Shown here: positions 6,484-15,784 of the stretch, piece by piece | How the letters are laid out: the number at the start of each line of letters is the position of its first letter | Position numbering within the stretch: position 1 is the stretch's first letter | Origin: a virus | Virus genome (UHGV): UHGV-0160150 | Length of the DNA: 29,487 nucleotides | Direction: 5' to 3' (one strand) | Position numbers and translations under genes: made by a program | The notes under the pieces: model-generated | What the model was told of the DNA's origin: nothing | The model's input: the letters and a program-made list of their open reading frames with translations, nothing else | Database searches by the model: none

Positions 6484-6708
6484 ATGAATTTAGTAATTCA
6501 ACGAGCCTTGAAAATTGTCGGTAGCCAAAAGCGCCTTGCCGACAAGTGTGGTGTAACGCAGCCAGCAGTACACAAATGGCTGAAAGGCGGGTTGGTCTCT
6601 CCAGAGAAAGTTACCGCCATCGTTAACGCCACTGGAGGGCAGATCAAGGCTTACGAAATTCGCCCCGATTTGCCACACCTGTTTCCAAAACCGAATCAGG
6701 CAGCATAA
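6484..6708 (+). CDS. cro: Cro-like HTH regulator
   Basis: 74 aa from ATG at 6484 (AAGAGG RBS); HTH QKRLADKCGVTQPAVHKW. First gene of the rightward operon, divergent from cI. Confidence 0.7.
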   Translation: MNLVIQRALKIVGSQKRLADKCGVTQPAVHKWLKGGLVSPEKVTAIVNATGGQIKAYEIRPDLPHLFPKPNQAA

Positions 6709-6716
6709 GTAACACC

Positions 6717-6760
6717 GCTCTTTAACAGTCATGGTCCTCATTCCCGCCGAAATGCGGGAA
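6717..6760 (+). promoter_or_regulatory. nutR candidate (boxA-like CGCTCTTTAACA plus boxB hairpin TTCCCGC-CGAAAT-GCGGGAA)
   Basis: Same boxA and boxB as the minus-strand nutL site; located between cro and cII as in lambda. Confidence 0.55.
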
Positions 6761-6817
6761 TACAACGCGCATCAGTTGGTGCGCATAACTTCTTATTTGT
6801 TAAGGAAATACTTACAT

Positions 6818-7096
6818 ATGCAACTTACAAGTACTCGCAAGAAAGCGAATGCAATTACAAGCAACATCCTAAATCGAATTGCTGTACGTGGTCAGCGAAA
6901 GGTTGCTGATGCATTAGGGATCAATGAATCGCAAATTTCGCGATGGAAAGACAGCTTTATCCCAAAGATGGCCATGCTTCTGGCTGTGCTGGAGTGGGGT
7001 GTTGAAGACGAGGAATTAGCGGAGCTGGCAAAGAAAGTAGCCATGGTGCTGACAAAAGAAAAGCCTCAAGACTGCGGCAACAGTTTTGAGGCCTGA
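6818..7096 (+). CDS. cII: CII-like transcriptional activator
   Basis: 92 aa from ATG at 6818 (AAGGA RBS). Conserved ...[29 protein letters not shown]... matches lambda CII's SQISRWK...[10 protein letters not shown]. Confidence 0.8.
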   Translation: MQLTSTRKKANAITSNILNRIAVRGQRKVADALGINESQISRWKDSFIPKMAMLLAVLEWGVEDEELAELAKKVAMVLTKEKPQDCGNSFEA

Positions 7097-7130
7097 TGTA
7101 GAAAGACTGGATCAATCCACAGGAGTCATT

Positions 7131-7277
7131 ATGACAAAACAACTCAGTCCTTACCAGGACAAAATTCACAAACACATACTACGTGATCGCTTCCTGTCCA
7201 GCTTCAAGCAGCCTGGTCGATTCCGGGCTGAGTTGGAAAAAGTGAAGCTGATGCAGAAGGAGAAAGGTCATGAGTAA
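7131..7277 (+). CDS. Small hypothetical protein (48 aa) between cII and O
   Basis: ATG at 7131 preceded by AGGAG (6 nt); the stop overlaps the O start region. Confidence 0.4.
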   Translation: MTKQLSPYQDKIHKHILRDRFLSSFKQPGRFRAELEKVKLMQKEKGHE

Positions 7278-8130
7278 TCTTGCAACCGTAACACATTTAA
7301 GGCCCTCACAACGGCCTGTGGAGCGTCGTGTGGCAGAAGTTGAAGATGGTTATACCCGTCTTGCAAATGCCCTGTATGAAGAGCTTATCGGCGCAGATTT
7401 AACAAAAAATCAGAGCAAGGTTGCCCACGCCATATGCCGTAAAACATACGGATACGGTAAAAAGATGGATCGCATCTCTGATAGTCAGTTAGCTCAAATT
7501 ACCAGGCTGCCAAGACAGAAGGTAAACAAGGCCAAGAATGAGCTTATCGCGATGAAGGTAATCCTTCGCGAAGGCCAGCAAATCGGGCCTAACAAGAACA
7601 TCGAGGAATGGCAAATCGAAGGGTGTCACTACTCTGGTGATAATGTCACTGCATTGGTGACAAAAAGTGTCACCAAAACGGTGACAGCGCTGTCACCAAA
7701 ACAGGGACACACAAAAGAAACTATTACAAAAGAAAAAAGAAATAATAAAAACACTATGTCCGAAAGTGTTCGGACGGAGTGTGAAAAATCATCTGACCGT
7801 CACGAAGAAACCGACAAGGCATTCGAGGAAATATTCTGGTGTGCAGGCATGCGGAAAGCCGGGAAAAAAAACGCAGCTTCGGCATTCAGAACACAGTTCA
7901 GGGAATGGCGTAAAACTACCAGGGGTACGGCAAGCGAGTTTGCCACGATGCTGGCAGAAGACATCGCATGCAGGAATGGTAAGCAGTTCGGATTCGACAG
8001 GTTGTTACCATCGAGCTACTTGAACGGTCAGCGCTGGAACGACGAAAAGCCAGAAACCATTCAACCACAATCCAAACCATCATCCGCAATCACCGTATCG
8101 AAAACTGGCTACGTGTTTTTCGACAGGTGA
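7270..8130 (+). CDS. O: Replication initiator, lambda O-like N-terminal domain
   Basis: 286 aa. N-terminal region ([53 protein letters not shown]...GPNKNIEEW) matches lambda O's ori-binding domain as recalled; C-terminal half differs. Contains the iteron ori. Confidence 0.8.
   Translation: MSNLATVTHLRPSQRPVERRVAEVEDGYTRLANALYEELIGADLTKNQSKVAHAICRKTYGYGKKMDRISDSQLAQITRLPRQKVNKAKNELIAMKVILREGQQIGPNKNIEEWQIEGCHYSGDNVTALVTKSVTKTVTALSPKQGHTKETITKEKRNNKNTMSESVRTECEKSSDRHEETDKAFEEIFWCAGMRKAGKKNAASAFRTQFREWRKTTRGTASEFATMLAEDIACRNGKQFGFDRLLPSSYLNGQRWNDEKPETIQPQSKPSSAITVSKTGYVFFDR
7624..7775. repeat. Putative replication origin inside the O gene: iterons, AT-rich tract, palindrome
   Basis: Palindromic iterons GGTGACA-AAAAG-TGTCACC (7656-7674) and GGTGACA-GCGC-TGTCACC (7680-7697) plus degenerate TGTCAC copies upstream; an A-rich stretch 7711-7750; inverted repeat GTCCGAA-AGTG-TTCGGAC (7758-7775). 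Same layout as lambda ori. Confidence 0.6.
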
Positions 8131-8133
8131 ACC

Positions 8134-8241
8134 ATGAAATCAAAAATCAAATCGCTACTGGTCGCTGGTTATAACCACGGCTGGTTAAGTATTTCGTTTG
8201 TCGATTTCTGGTTTAAAAATCTCAATCTGAGGGAATCATGA
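8134..8241 (+). CDS. Small ORF (35 aa) coupled between O and the primase-helicase
   Basis: ATG at 8134 with AGGTGA RBS overlapping the O stop; its TGA overlaps the primase-helicase ATG (ATGA). Found by eye. Confidence 0.3.
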   Translation: MKSKIKSLLVAGYNHGWLSISFVDFWFKNLNLRES

Positions 8242-10118
8242 GGCCAAGTGAACTTAGCGACCTGCTTTGGGCGCAGGTTGACAGGGTGGCTCCGCACCTG
8301 TTGCCAAATGGCAAGAAAGAGGGGCATGAGTGGGTTGCCGGTAACGTCAACGGTGACAAGGGAAACAGCCTTAAGGTCAACCTTAGCGGCAAGAAAAAAT
8401 GGGCTGATTTCGCTGAGGGAGACGGCGGTGACATGCTTGATTTGTGGATGGCATGTCGTGGAATTAACCTGCATCAGGCTATGCAGGAAGCGAAAGCATT
8501 TCTCGGTATCAAGGATGACGATCACCATTTCGATGCCAGACGTGAGAAAAAATTCTCCAGACCTGATCGCAAGAAAATCGCCCGCTACGTTACCAGAACA
8601 GAATCCCATCTTGAGTACCTGCAATCGCGTGGCATATCGCCAGAAATCGTAAAGCGCTACGAGGTTGTCAGCGGCAAGGTGTGGAATGGAGAGCGGGAAC
8701 TGGATGCTCTGGTGATTCCGTACAAACGCGATGGTGAGTTGTTGCAGGTCAAGCGAATCAGCACTGAGCGCCCGGACGGGAAGAAAGTCATTATGGCAGA
8801 AGGTGATTGCGAACCTTGCCTGTTCGGATGGCAGGCTCTGGACGCTGGCGTGAGGGCGGTTGTACTTTGCGAAGGCGAAATTGATTGTATGAGCTATGCG
8901 CAATACGGCATCTCGGCGTTATCCGTACCGTTTGGTGGAGGGAAAGGCGCTAAGCAACAGTGGATTGAGTTTGAGTATCACAACCTCGACAGGTTTGAGG
9001 AAATATTCATCTCGATGGACGTTGATGATGTTGGTCGTGAAGCCGCAAGGGAAATCGCAAGCCGACTCGGTGAACATCGTTGCCGTCTTGTTACTCTGCC
9101 GTGCAAAGACATCAACGAATGCCTGATGAACGGTGTTACCGAGGATGAAATCTGGCAGTACATCGGCACGGCATCCTACTTCGATCCTGAAGAACTCTAC
9201 AGCGCGCGAGAGTTTTACCAGGACACTATCAACGCTTTCTACGGCAAGCAGCAGTATCTGTTTAATCCACCGTGGGAATCTCTGGCAGATAAATTCCAGT
9301 TCCGTGAGGCAGAGTTGACGCTGGTCAATGGTGTGAACGGTCACGGAAAAACGGAGGTTGTCGGGCATATGGCACTTGAGGCAATGCGTCAGGGTGTGAA
9401 GACGTGCATCGCGTCACTTGAGCTGAAGCCTGGTATTCTCCTTAAGCGCCTTACCCGTCAGGCGACGTGCTGCAAGATGCCGCCAGTGCTGGAAATTGAC
9501 TCTGCATTTAAATTTTATGACGAAAGACTTTGGGTGTTTGGCCTGACCGGAACGGCGAAAGCCGACAGGCTGATCGAAATATTCGACTACGCTCGCCGCC
9601 GATACGGGATCCAGTTATTCATCATCGACAGCCTGATGAAATGTGGCATAGGCGACGATGACTATAACGGGCAGAAGGCGTTTGTTGACTCGATTTGCGA
9701 CTTCAAAAACAAAACAAACTCCCACGTCATTCTCGTTACTCACTCGCGAAAAGGAGACAGCGAAGAAAAACCAACCGGGAAAATGGACGTAAAAGGCTCT
9801 GGAGCGATAACAGACCTGACAGACAACCTTTTCATCATCTGGCGTAACAAGGCTCGCGAGAGAGCGTTACAGAGAGTTCAGAGTGGTGAAAAGATGTCAG
9901 AGAAGGACGAACAGCTACTGGCATCTCCGGCATCTGTTTTGATGCTTGAAAAACAACGTAACGGCGAAGGTTGGGAAGGTGGTGTCCCGTTGTTCCTTGA
10001 CGAGCAATCGCACCAGTTCCTGCAACTTGAATCAGGATCGCCATATAGCTACATCGCCAATATGCCGAAATCGGAATATGACGAGGCGTGGCGACAGGAA
10101 AACGTGACGGAGTATTAA
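8238..10118 (+). CDS. Primase-helicase fusion (Toprim primase N-terminal region, DnaB/RecA-like helicase C-terminal region)
   Basis: 626 aa. Toprim-like acidic motifs (VVLCEGEIDCMSY, ISMDVDDVGREAA); C-terminal Walker A-like VNGVNGHGKTE and Walker B-like LFIIDSL. Takes the place of lambda P. Confidence 0.8.
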   Translation: MRPSELSDLLWAQVDRVAPHLLPNGKKEGHEWVAGNVNGDKGNSLKVNLSGKKKWADFAEGDGGDMLDLWMACRGINLHQAMQEAKAFLGIKDDDHHFDARREKKFSRPDRKKIARYVTRTESHLEYLQSRGISPEIVKRYEVVSGKVWNGERELDALVIPYKRDGELLQVKRISTERPDGKKVIMAEGDCEPCLFGWQALDAGVRAVVLCEGEIDCMSYAQYGISALSVPFGGGKGAKQQWIEFEYHNLDRFEEIFISMDVDDVGREAAREIASRLGEHRCRLVTLPCKDINECLMNGVTEDEIWQYIGTASYFDPEELYSAREFYQDTINAFYGKQQYLFNPPWESLADKFQFREAELTLVNGVNGHGKTEVVGHMALEAMRQGVKTCIASLELKPGILLKRLTRQATCCKMPPVLEIDSAFKFYDERLWVFGLTGTAKADRLIEIFDYARRRYGIQLFIIDSLMKCGIGDDDYNGQKAFVDSICDFKNKTNSHVILVTHSRKGDSEEKPTGKMDVKGSGAITDLTDNLFIIWRNKARERALQRVQSGEKMSEKDEQLLASPASVLMLEKQRNGEGWEGGVPLFLDEQSHQFLQLESGSPYSYIANMPKSEYDEAWRQENVTEY

Positions 10119-10200
10119 ATGACAATCTACATCACTGAGCTAATAGCAGGGTTATCGTTACTAATGGTTCTTACTGTATATATTATTAAGTATATTCTTT

Positions 10201-10812
10201 ATGCGAATAAAAAAAACAATTGATCACGATGAGCTTCTGTCAACATTATCATATGACTCAGAAACAGGAATATTTAAATGGCTAAAAACAAATTCAGTAG
10301 TAAGAGTAAAAGGTAGTATTGCTGGAGGTGTTAGTGGTGGTTATATATGCATTAGCATAAATAATGTTTTGTATTATGCGCATAGGCTTGCTTGGTTCTA
10401 TGTATACAAAAAATGGCCTCCTAAGTTTATTGATCATGTAAATGGGAACAGACTTGACAATAGGATTTCAAATCTAAGACTGGCAACAGAGGAGCAGAAT
10501 GCAAGAAACATTGTAGGTAATAGGTTAAACACATCCGGTGCGATTGGAGTGTCTTGGGATAAGACAACTGGCAGGTGGAAGTCTTATGTTGGTTATAAAA
10601 ATAAGACAATATCGTTAGGGTATTTCGATAGCAAAGAAGATGCAGCATTCATAGCAGCACTAGCAAGAAAGAAACTATATGGAACTTATGCGAGTAAAGC
10701 ACTTAATTGCGAGCATGAGCTTTTATCTCAATTTAATAATGATGAGGATAAACTTGCGGAATATCTTAAGGAAAAATCTAAAAGGACTCGAAAGCGTGTT
10801 AAAAAAAGATAA
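10201..10812 (+). mobile_element. HNH homing endonuclease with AP2-type DNA-binding domain (free-standing)
   Basis: 203-aa ORF. N-terminal LLSTLSYDSETGIFKWL, HNH core IDHVNGNRLDNRISNLRLATEEQN, AP2-like segment GVSWDKTTGRWKSYVGYKNKTISLGYFDSKEDAA. Strongly AT-rich island between the replication and nin modules. Confidence 0.75.
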
Positions 10813-10859
10813 AGGCCTGCTGGTAATCGCAGGTCTTTTTATTTGGGGGAGAGTAAATC

Positions 10860-11066
10860 GTGGCTGAGTTAATTTTCTCTGCATTGAGGCTTCTCGGTGC
10901 TATGTGGATGGTGGCGACGTTCATTGTGATTGCTGGCTGTTTTGTCCGGTTGGTAGGCGAAGGTAAAGACCTGGTGGGTGTGCTTTTCGGTAGCATTCTC
11001 CTGTGGGTGATTATCGGTGTTGCGCCTGTTGCTGTAGCAAAAATGGCGTGGCGTTTTGTTAGTTGA
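10860..11066 (+). CDS. Small hydrophobic protein (68 aa, two predicted TM helices)
   Basis: ORF with GTG start at 10860. Two hydrophobic stretches (MWMVATFIVIAGCFV and VLFGSILLWVIIGVAPVAV). Confidence 0.4.
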   Translation: MAELIFSALRLLGAMWMVATFIVIAGCFVRLVGEGKDLVGVLFGSILLWVIIGVAPVAVAKMAWRFVS

Positions 11067-11073
11067 GGTGACA

Positions 11074-11484
11074 ATGAAGCAAACAATCTTCCTCCGAACT
11101 AAGCAACAACAGCAAGCTGCAATAAATGCCATCCTCGCAACACCACTCGATAAAGACAAGCCAGTCACCATCCGCATTACTGACTACAAGCGCAACCTTG
11201 ACCAGAACGCAAAATTTCACGCGATGCTGGCGGATATCGCACGTCAGGTTCAATGGTGCGGCAAATGGTTAAAACCAGAACAATGGAAGGTTTTGTTGAT
11301 TAGCGGTCATGCAGTGGCAACAAAGCAGGAAGCTGATGTTTTGTCCGGCCTTGAAGGCGAATACGTCAACATTCGCGAAAGTAGCGCGCAGATGAGTGTG
11401 AAGCGTATGGCAAGTCTGATTGAGTACACGACAGCATGGGCTATTGGTCAGGGCGTCAGATTTACCGACAGGAGGTACGAATGA
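11074..11484 (+). CDS. ninB: NinB (Orf-family recombination mediator)
   Basis: 136 aa from ATG at 11074 (GAGGTG RBS). Motifs [31 protein letters not shown] parallel lambda NinB. Confidence 0.8.
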   Translation: MKQTIFLRTKQQQQAAINAILATPLDKDKPVTIRITDYKRNLDQNAKFHAMLADIARQVQWCGKWLKPEQWKVLLISGHAVATKQEADVLSGLEGEYVNIRESSAQMSVKRMASLIEYTTAWAIGQGVRFTDRRYE

Positions 11485-11663
11485 GACGACAGCGACGAAG
11501 TATCACCGACATAATCTGCGAAAACTGCAAATACCTTCCAACGAAACGCTCCAGAAATAAACGCAAGCCAATCCCAAAAGAATCTGACGTAAAAACCTTC
11601 AATTACACGGCTCACCTGTGGGATATCCGGTGGCTTAGAGAACGTGCGAGGAAAACAAGGTGA
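11481..11663 (+). CDS. ninE: NinE
   Basis: 60 aa [69 protein letters not shown]; ATGA overlap with the ninB stop. Near-identical to lambda NinE as recalled. Confidence 0.75.
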   Translation: MRRQRRSITDIICENCKYLPTKRSRNKRKPIPKESDVKTFNYTAHLWDIRWLRERARKTR

Positions 11664-11830
11664 TTGACCCAAATCGAAGTTACGAACAAGGAAGTGTCGA
11701 GCGAGCTTTAACGTGCGCTAACTGCGGTCAGAAGCTGCATGTGCTGGAAGTTCACGTGTGTGAGCACTGCTGCGCAGAACTGATGAGCGATCCGAATAGC
11801 TCGATGCACGAGGAAGAAGACGATGGCTAA
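11660..11830 (+). CDS. ninF: NinF
   Basis: 56 aa from GTG at 11660 overlapping the ninE stop (GTGA): [56 protein letters not shown]. Found by eye (below track cutoff); matches lambda NinF as recalled. Confidence 0.65.
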   Translation: MIDPNRSYEQGSVERALTCANCGQKLHVLEVHVCEHCCAELMSDPNSSMHEEEDDG

Positions 11831-12434
11831 ACCAGCGCGAAGACGATGTAAAAACGATGAATGTCGGGAATGGTTTCACCCTGCATTCGCCAATCAGTGG
11901 TGGTGCTCTCCAGAGTGTGGAACCAAGATAGCACTCGAACGACGAAGCAAAGAACGCGAAAAAGCGGAAAAGGCAGCAGAGAAGAAACGACGACGAGAGG
12001 AGCAGAAACAGAAAGATAAACTGAAAATTCGAAAACTCGCCTTAAAGCCCCGCAGTTACTGGATTAAACAAGCCCAACAAGCTGTAAACGCCTTCATCAG
12101 AGAAAGAGACCGCGACTTACCATGTATCTCGTGCGGAACGCTCACGTCTGCTCAGTGGGATGCCGGACATTACCGGACAACTGCTGCGGCACCTCAACTC
12201 CGATTTGATGAACGCAATATTCACAAGCAATGCGTGGTGTGCAACCAGCACAAAAGCGGAAATCTCGTTCCGTATCGCGTCGAACTGATTAGCCGTATCG
12301 GGCAGGAAGCAGTAGACGAAATCGAATCAAACCATAGCCGCCATCGCTGGACTGTCGAAGAGTGCAGGGCCATCAAGGCGGAGTATCAGCAGAAACTCAA
12401 AGACCTGCGAAATAGCAGAAGTGAGGCCGCATGA
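11823..12434 (+). CDS. ninG: NinG (Rap; recombination/junction-resolving nuclease)
   Basis: 203 aa, Cys-rich and basic; sequence and size match lambda NinG as recalled. Confidence 0.85.
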   Translation: MAKPARRRCKNDECREWFHPAFANQWWCSPECGTKIALERRSKEREKAEKAAEKKRRREEQKQKDKLKIRKLALKPRSYWIKQAQQAVNAFIRERDRDLPCISCGTLTSAQWDAGHYRTTAAAPQLRFDERNIHKQCVVCNQHKSGNLVPYRVELISRIGQEAVDEIESNHSRHRWTVEECRAIKAEYQQKLKDLRNSRSEAA

Positions 12435-12637
12435 CGTTCTCAGTAAAAACCATTCCAGACATGCTCGTTGAAGCATACGGAAACCAGACAGAAGTAGCAC
12501 GCAGACTGAAATGTAGTCGCGGTACGGTCAGAAAATACGTTGATGATAAAGACGGGAAAATGCACGCCATCGTCAACGACGTTCTAATGGTTCATCGCGG
12601 ATGGAGTGAAAGAGATGCGCTATTACGAAAGAATTGA
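12431..12637 (+). CDS. ninH: NinH
   Basis: 68 aa [37 protein letters not shown]..., matching lambda NinH. ATGA overlap with the ninG stop. Confidence 0.85.
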   Translation: MTFSVKTIPDMLVEAYGNQTEVARRLKCSRGTVRKYVDDKDGKMHAIVNDVLMVHRGWSERDALLRKN

Positions 12638-13280
12638 TGGCAGCAAATACCGAAATATTTGGGTAGTTGGCGATCTGCACGGATGCTACACGAACCTGAT
12701 GAAAAAACTGGAGACGATAGGATTCGACACCAAAAAAGACCTGCTTATCTCGGTGGGCGATTTGGTTGATCGCGGTACAGAGAACGTCGAATGCCTGGAA
12801 TTAATCACATTCCCCTGGTTCAGAGCTGTACGTGGAAACCATGAGCAAATGATGATTGATGGCTTATCAGAGCGTGGAAACGTCAATCACTGGCTGCTTA
12901 ATGGCGGTGGCTGGTTCTTTAATCTCGATTACGACAAAGAAATTCTGGCTAAAGCTCTTGCCCATAAAGCAGATGAACTTCCGTTAATCATCGAACTGGT
13001 GAGTAAAGGAAAAAAATATGTCATCTGCCACGCCGATTATCCTTGTGATAAATACGAGTTTGGAAAGCCAGTTGATCATCAGCAGGTAATCTGGAACCGC
13101 GAACGAATCAGCAACTCACAAGACGGGATCGTGAAAGAAATCAAAGGCGCGGACACGTTCATCTTTGGTCATACGCCAGCAGTGAAACCACTCAAGTTTG
13201 CCAACCAGATGTATATCGATACCGGCGCAGTGTTCTGCGGAAACCTCACATTGATTCAGGTACAGGGAGAAGGCGCATGA
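12615..13280 (+). CDS. ninI: NinI Ser/Thr protein phosphatase (calcineurin-like metallophosphatase)
   Basis: 221 aa from ATG at 12615 (MRYYERIDG). Metallophosphatase motifs GDLHG, GDLVDRG, GNHE. Size and sequence as lambda PPase. Confidence 0.9.
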   Translation: MRYYERIDGSKYRNIWVVGDLHGCYTNLMKKLETIGFDTKKDLLISVGDLVDRGTENVECLELITFPWFRAVRGNHEQMMIDGLSERGNVNHWLLNGGGWFFNLDYDKEILAKALAHKADELPLIIELVSKGKKYVICHADYPCDKYEFGKPVDHQQVIWNRERISNSQDGIVKEIKGADTFIFGHTPAVKPLKFANQMYIDTGAVFCGNLTLIQVQGEGA

Positions 13281-13900
13281 GACTCGAAAGCGTAGCTAAA
13301 TTTCATTCGCCAAAAAGCCCGATGATGAGCGACTCACCACGGGCTACTGCTTCTGACTCTCTTTCCGGTACTGATGTGATGGCTGCTATGGGGATGGCGC
13401 AATCACAAGCCGGATTCGGAATGGCTGCATTCTGTGGTAAGCACGAACTCAGCCAGAATGACAAACAAAAGGCTATCAACTATCTGATGCAATTTGCACA
13501 CAAGGTATCGGGGAAATACCGTGGCGTGGCAAAGCTTGAAGGAAATACTAAGGCAAAGGTACTGCAAGTGCTCGCAACATTCGCTTATGCGGATTATTGC
13601 CGTAGTGCCGCTACGCCGGGCGCAAGATGCAGAGATTGCCACGGTACAGGCCGTGCGGTAGATATAGCAAAAACAGAGCAGTGGGGGAGAGTTGTTGAGA
13701 AAGAGTGCGGAAGATGCAAAGGCGTCGGCTATTCCAGGATGCCAGCAAGCGCCGCATATCGCGCTGTAACGATGCTAATCCCAAACCTTACCCAACCCAC
13801 CTGGTCACGCACTGTTAAGCCGCTGTATGACGCTCTGGTGGTGCAATGCCACAAAGAAGAGTCAATCGCAGACAACATTTTGAATGCGGTCACACGTTAG
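13277..13900 (+). CDS. Q: Late-gene antiterminator Q
   Basis: 207 aa, Cys-rich zinc-binding region (CRDCHGTG...CGRCKGVG). Followed by the pR' promoter, as for lambda Q. Confidence 0.9.
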   Translation: MRLESVAKFHSPKSPMMSDSPRATASDSLSGTDVMAAMGMAQSQAGFGMAAFCGKHELSQNDKQKAINYLMQFAHKVSGKYRGVAKLEGNTKAKVLQVLATFAYADYCRSAATPGARCRDCHGTGRAVDIAKTEQWGRVVEKECGRCKGVGYSRMPASAAYRAVTMLIPNLTQPTWSRTVKPLYDALVVQCHKEESIADNILNAVTR

Positions 13901-13942
13901 CAGCATGATTGCCACGGATGGCAACATATTAACGGCATGATA

Positions 13943-13971
13943 TTGACTTTTTGAATAAAGTTGGGTAAATT
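13943..13971 (+). promoter_or_regulatory. Late promoter pR' (qut region follows)
   Basis: -35 TTGACT (13943-13948), 17-bp spacer, -10 TAAATT (13966-13971). Confidence 0.6.
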
Positions 13972-14008
13972 TGACATCAACGATGGATAAATGCACTCGT
14001 TAAATAAA

Positions 14009-14037
14009 GCCCTGAGTTAATATCTCGGGGCTTTTTG
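14009..14037 (+). terminator. tR'-like intrinsic terminator
   Basis: Hairpin AGCCCTGAG-TTAATAT-CTCGGGGC followed by TTTTT. Confidence 0.6.
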
Positions 14038-14334
14038 CGTTTTAAGCACGGCCTTTCTGAAAGCACATCAAACCAAATACCAGACAGACAAAAATAATCA
14101 CCTTATCCGCTGTGGCTACGGTGCGGTGTGCTTTGCATAAAAGAAAACCAGCGCAATGGCTGGCTTCGTGAAAGCGGGTGGCATGAGGTTGCCCTAACAA
14201 CCTCCTGCCGTTTTGCCCGTGCATATCGGTCACGAACAAATCTGATTACTAAACACAGTAGCCTGGATTTGTTCTATCAGTAATCGACCTTATTCCTAAT
14301 TAAATAGAGCAAATCCCCTTATTGGGGGTAAGAC

Positions 14335-14658
14335 ATGAAGATGCCAGAAAAAAATGACCTGTTAGCCGCCATTCTCGCGGCAAAGGAACAAGGCATCGGG
14401 GCAATCCTTGCGTTTGCAATGGCGTACCTTCGCGGCAGATATAATGGCGGTGCGTTTACAAAAACAGTAATCGACGCAACGATGTGCGCCATTATCGCCT
14501 GGTTCATTCGTGATCTTCTCGACCTCGCCGGACTAAGTAGCAATCTCGCTTATATAACGAGCGTGTTCATCGGCTACATCGGTACTGACTCGATTGGTTC
14601 GCTTATCAAACGCTTCGCTGCTAAAAAAGCCGGAGTAGAAGATGGTGGAAATCAATAA
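14335..14658 (+). CDS. S: Holin S (class I, dual-start holin/antiholin)
   Basis: 107 aa with MKM dual-start N-terminus and three TM segments; matches lambda S as recalled. Confidence 0.9.
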   Translation: MKMPEKNDLLAAILAAKEQGIGAILAFAMAYLRGRYNGGAFTKTVIDATMCAIIAWFIRDLLDLAGLSSNLAYITSVFIGYIGTDSIGSLIKRFAAKKAGVEDGGNQ

Positions 14659-15118
14659 TCAACGTAAGGCGTTCCTCGATATGCTGGCGTGGTCAGAGGG
14701 AACTGATAACGGACGTCAGAAAACCAGAAATCATGGTTATGACGTCATTGTTGGCGGAGAGCTATTCACTGATTACTCCGATCACCCTCGCAAACTTGTC
14801 ACGCTAAACCCAAAACTCAAATCAACAGCAGCCGGACGTTACCAGCTTCTTTCCCGTTGGTGGGATGCCTATCGTAAGCAGCTTGGCCTGAAAGACTTCT
14901 CTCCGAAAAGCCAGGACGCTGTGGCACTGCAACAGATTAAAGAGCGTGGCGCTTTACCGATGATTGATCGCGGTGATATTCGTCAGGCTATCGACCGTTG
15001 CAGCAATATCTGGGCTTCACTGCCGGGCGCTGGTTATGGTCAGTTCGAGCATAAGGCTGACAGCCTGATTGCAAAATTCAAAGAAGCAGGCGGAACGGTC
15101 AGAGAGATTGAGGTATGA
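14642..15118 (+). CDS. R: Endolysin R (lytic transglycosylase)
   Basis: 158 aa; start overlaps the end of S as in lambda; sequence as lambda R. Confidence 0.9.
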   Translation: MVEINNQRKAFLDMLAWSEGTDNGRQKTRNHGYDVIVGGELFTDYSDHPRKLVTLNPKLKSTAAGRYQLLSRWWDAYRKQLGLKDFSPKSQDAVALQQIKERGALPMIDRGDIRQAIDRCSNIWASLPGAGYGQFEHKADSLIAKFKEAGGTVREIEV

Positions 15119-15582
15119 GCAGAGTCACCGCGATTATCTCCGCTCTGGTTATCTGCATCATCGTCGGCCTGTCATGGGCTGTTAATCATTACCGTGATAA
15201 CGCCATCGCCTACAAAGAACAGCGTGATAAAAAAGTCAGTGAGCTGAAGCAGGCGACCGCCACCATTACTGACATGCAGCAACGCCAGCGTGCTGCTGAT
15301 GCACTCGATGCTAAATACACGAAGGAGTTAGCTGATGCGAAAGCTGAAAATGATGCTCTTCGGCGCAAGCTTGATAATGGTGGCAGGGTGCTCGTCAAAG
15401 GAAAATGCCCTGTGCCATCCTCAGCCGAAACCTCCAGCGCCTCCGGCATGGGCAATGATGCCACCGTCGAACTCTCTCCAGTTGCTGGACGAAACGTTCT
15501 CGGTGTCCGGGACGGAATTATCCGCGACCAAACAGCACTGAGAACGCTTCAGGAATACATCAGGACGCAATGCCTGAAATAA
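15115..15582 (+). CDS. Rz: Rz (inner-membrane spanin)
   Basis: 155 aa; N-terminal TM and coiled coil; ATGA overlap with the R stop. N-terminal half lambda-like, C-terminal half apparently divergent. Confidence 0.85.
   Translation: MSRVTAIISALVICIIVGLSWAVNHYRDNAIAYKEQRDKKVSELKQATATITDMQQRQRAADALDAKYTKELADAKAENDALRRKLDNGGRVLVKGKCPVPSSAETSSASGMGNDATVELSPVAGRNVLGVRDGIIRDQTALRTLQEYIRTQCLK
15335..15541 (+). CDS. Rz1: Rz1 (outer-membrane lipoprotein spanin), embedded in Rz in another frame
   Basis: 68 aa with signal peptide and lipobox (LIMVAGC), proline-rich mature part; fully nested in Rz. Confidence 0.75.
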   Translation: MRKLKMMLFGASLIMVAGCSSKENALCHPQPKPPAPPAWAMMPPSNSLQLLDETFSVSGTELSATKQH

Positions 15583-15615
15583 TTTTTTTTGCAAATCACA
15601 AAGTCCATTTAATGA

Positions 15616-15637
15616 GCCTCGCGATGCGGGGCTTTTT
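15616..15637 (+). terminator. Intrinsic terminator after the lysis cassette
   Basis: Hairpin GCCTCGC-GAT-GCGGGGC (one G-U pair) followed by TTTTT. Confidence 0.55.
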
Positions 15638-15644
15638 GCAATAA

Positions 15645-15669
15645 ATGCGTACCGCAACGCATGTTTTTT
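15645..15669 (+). terminator. Second, tandem intrinsic terminator
   Basis: Hairpin ATGCGT-ACCGCA-ACGCAT followed by GTTTTTTA. Confidence 0.5.
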
Positions 15670-15784
15670 ACACCGAACCTGCCCCTTTGGAATGGGCCTT
15701 TGAGGATACCAGTTAGTGCTGGCGAGCCTCGGTGGGCTGGTTTCCTATGCGGCAAAGGTTCATTTCAAATGGTAGGTAAACGTT

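Noticed and set aside
7766-8023. 85-aa alternative-frame ORF inside the O-like gene
   Set aside because: Fully nested in the O coding frame, which has strong recalled homology; no independent start signals.
8169-8903. 244-aa minus-strand ORF
   Set aside because: Lies antisense within the well-supported primase-helicase gene and the O/primase junction; no RBS or motif. Treated as a shadow ORF.
13901-14334. Possible tRNA or toxin cargo between Q and S
   Set aside because: The interval is short and is accounted for by pR', a terminator and the S upstream region; no cloverleaf-like sequence or ORF seen by eye.
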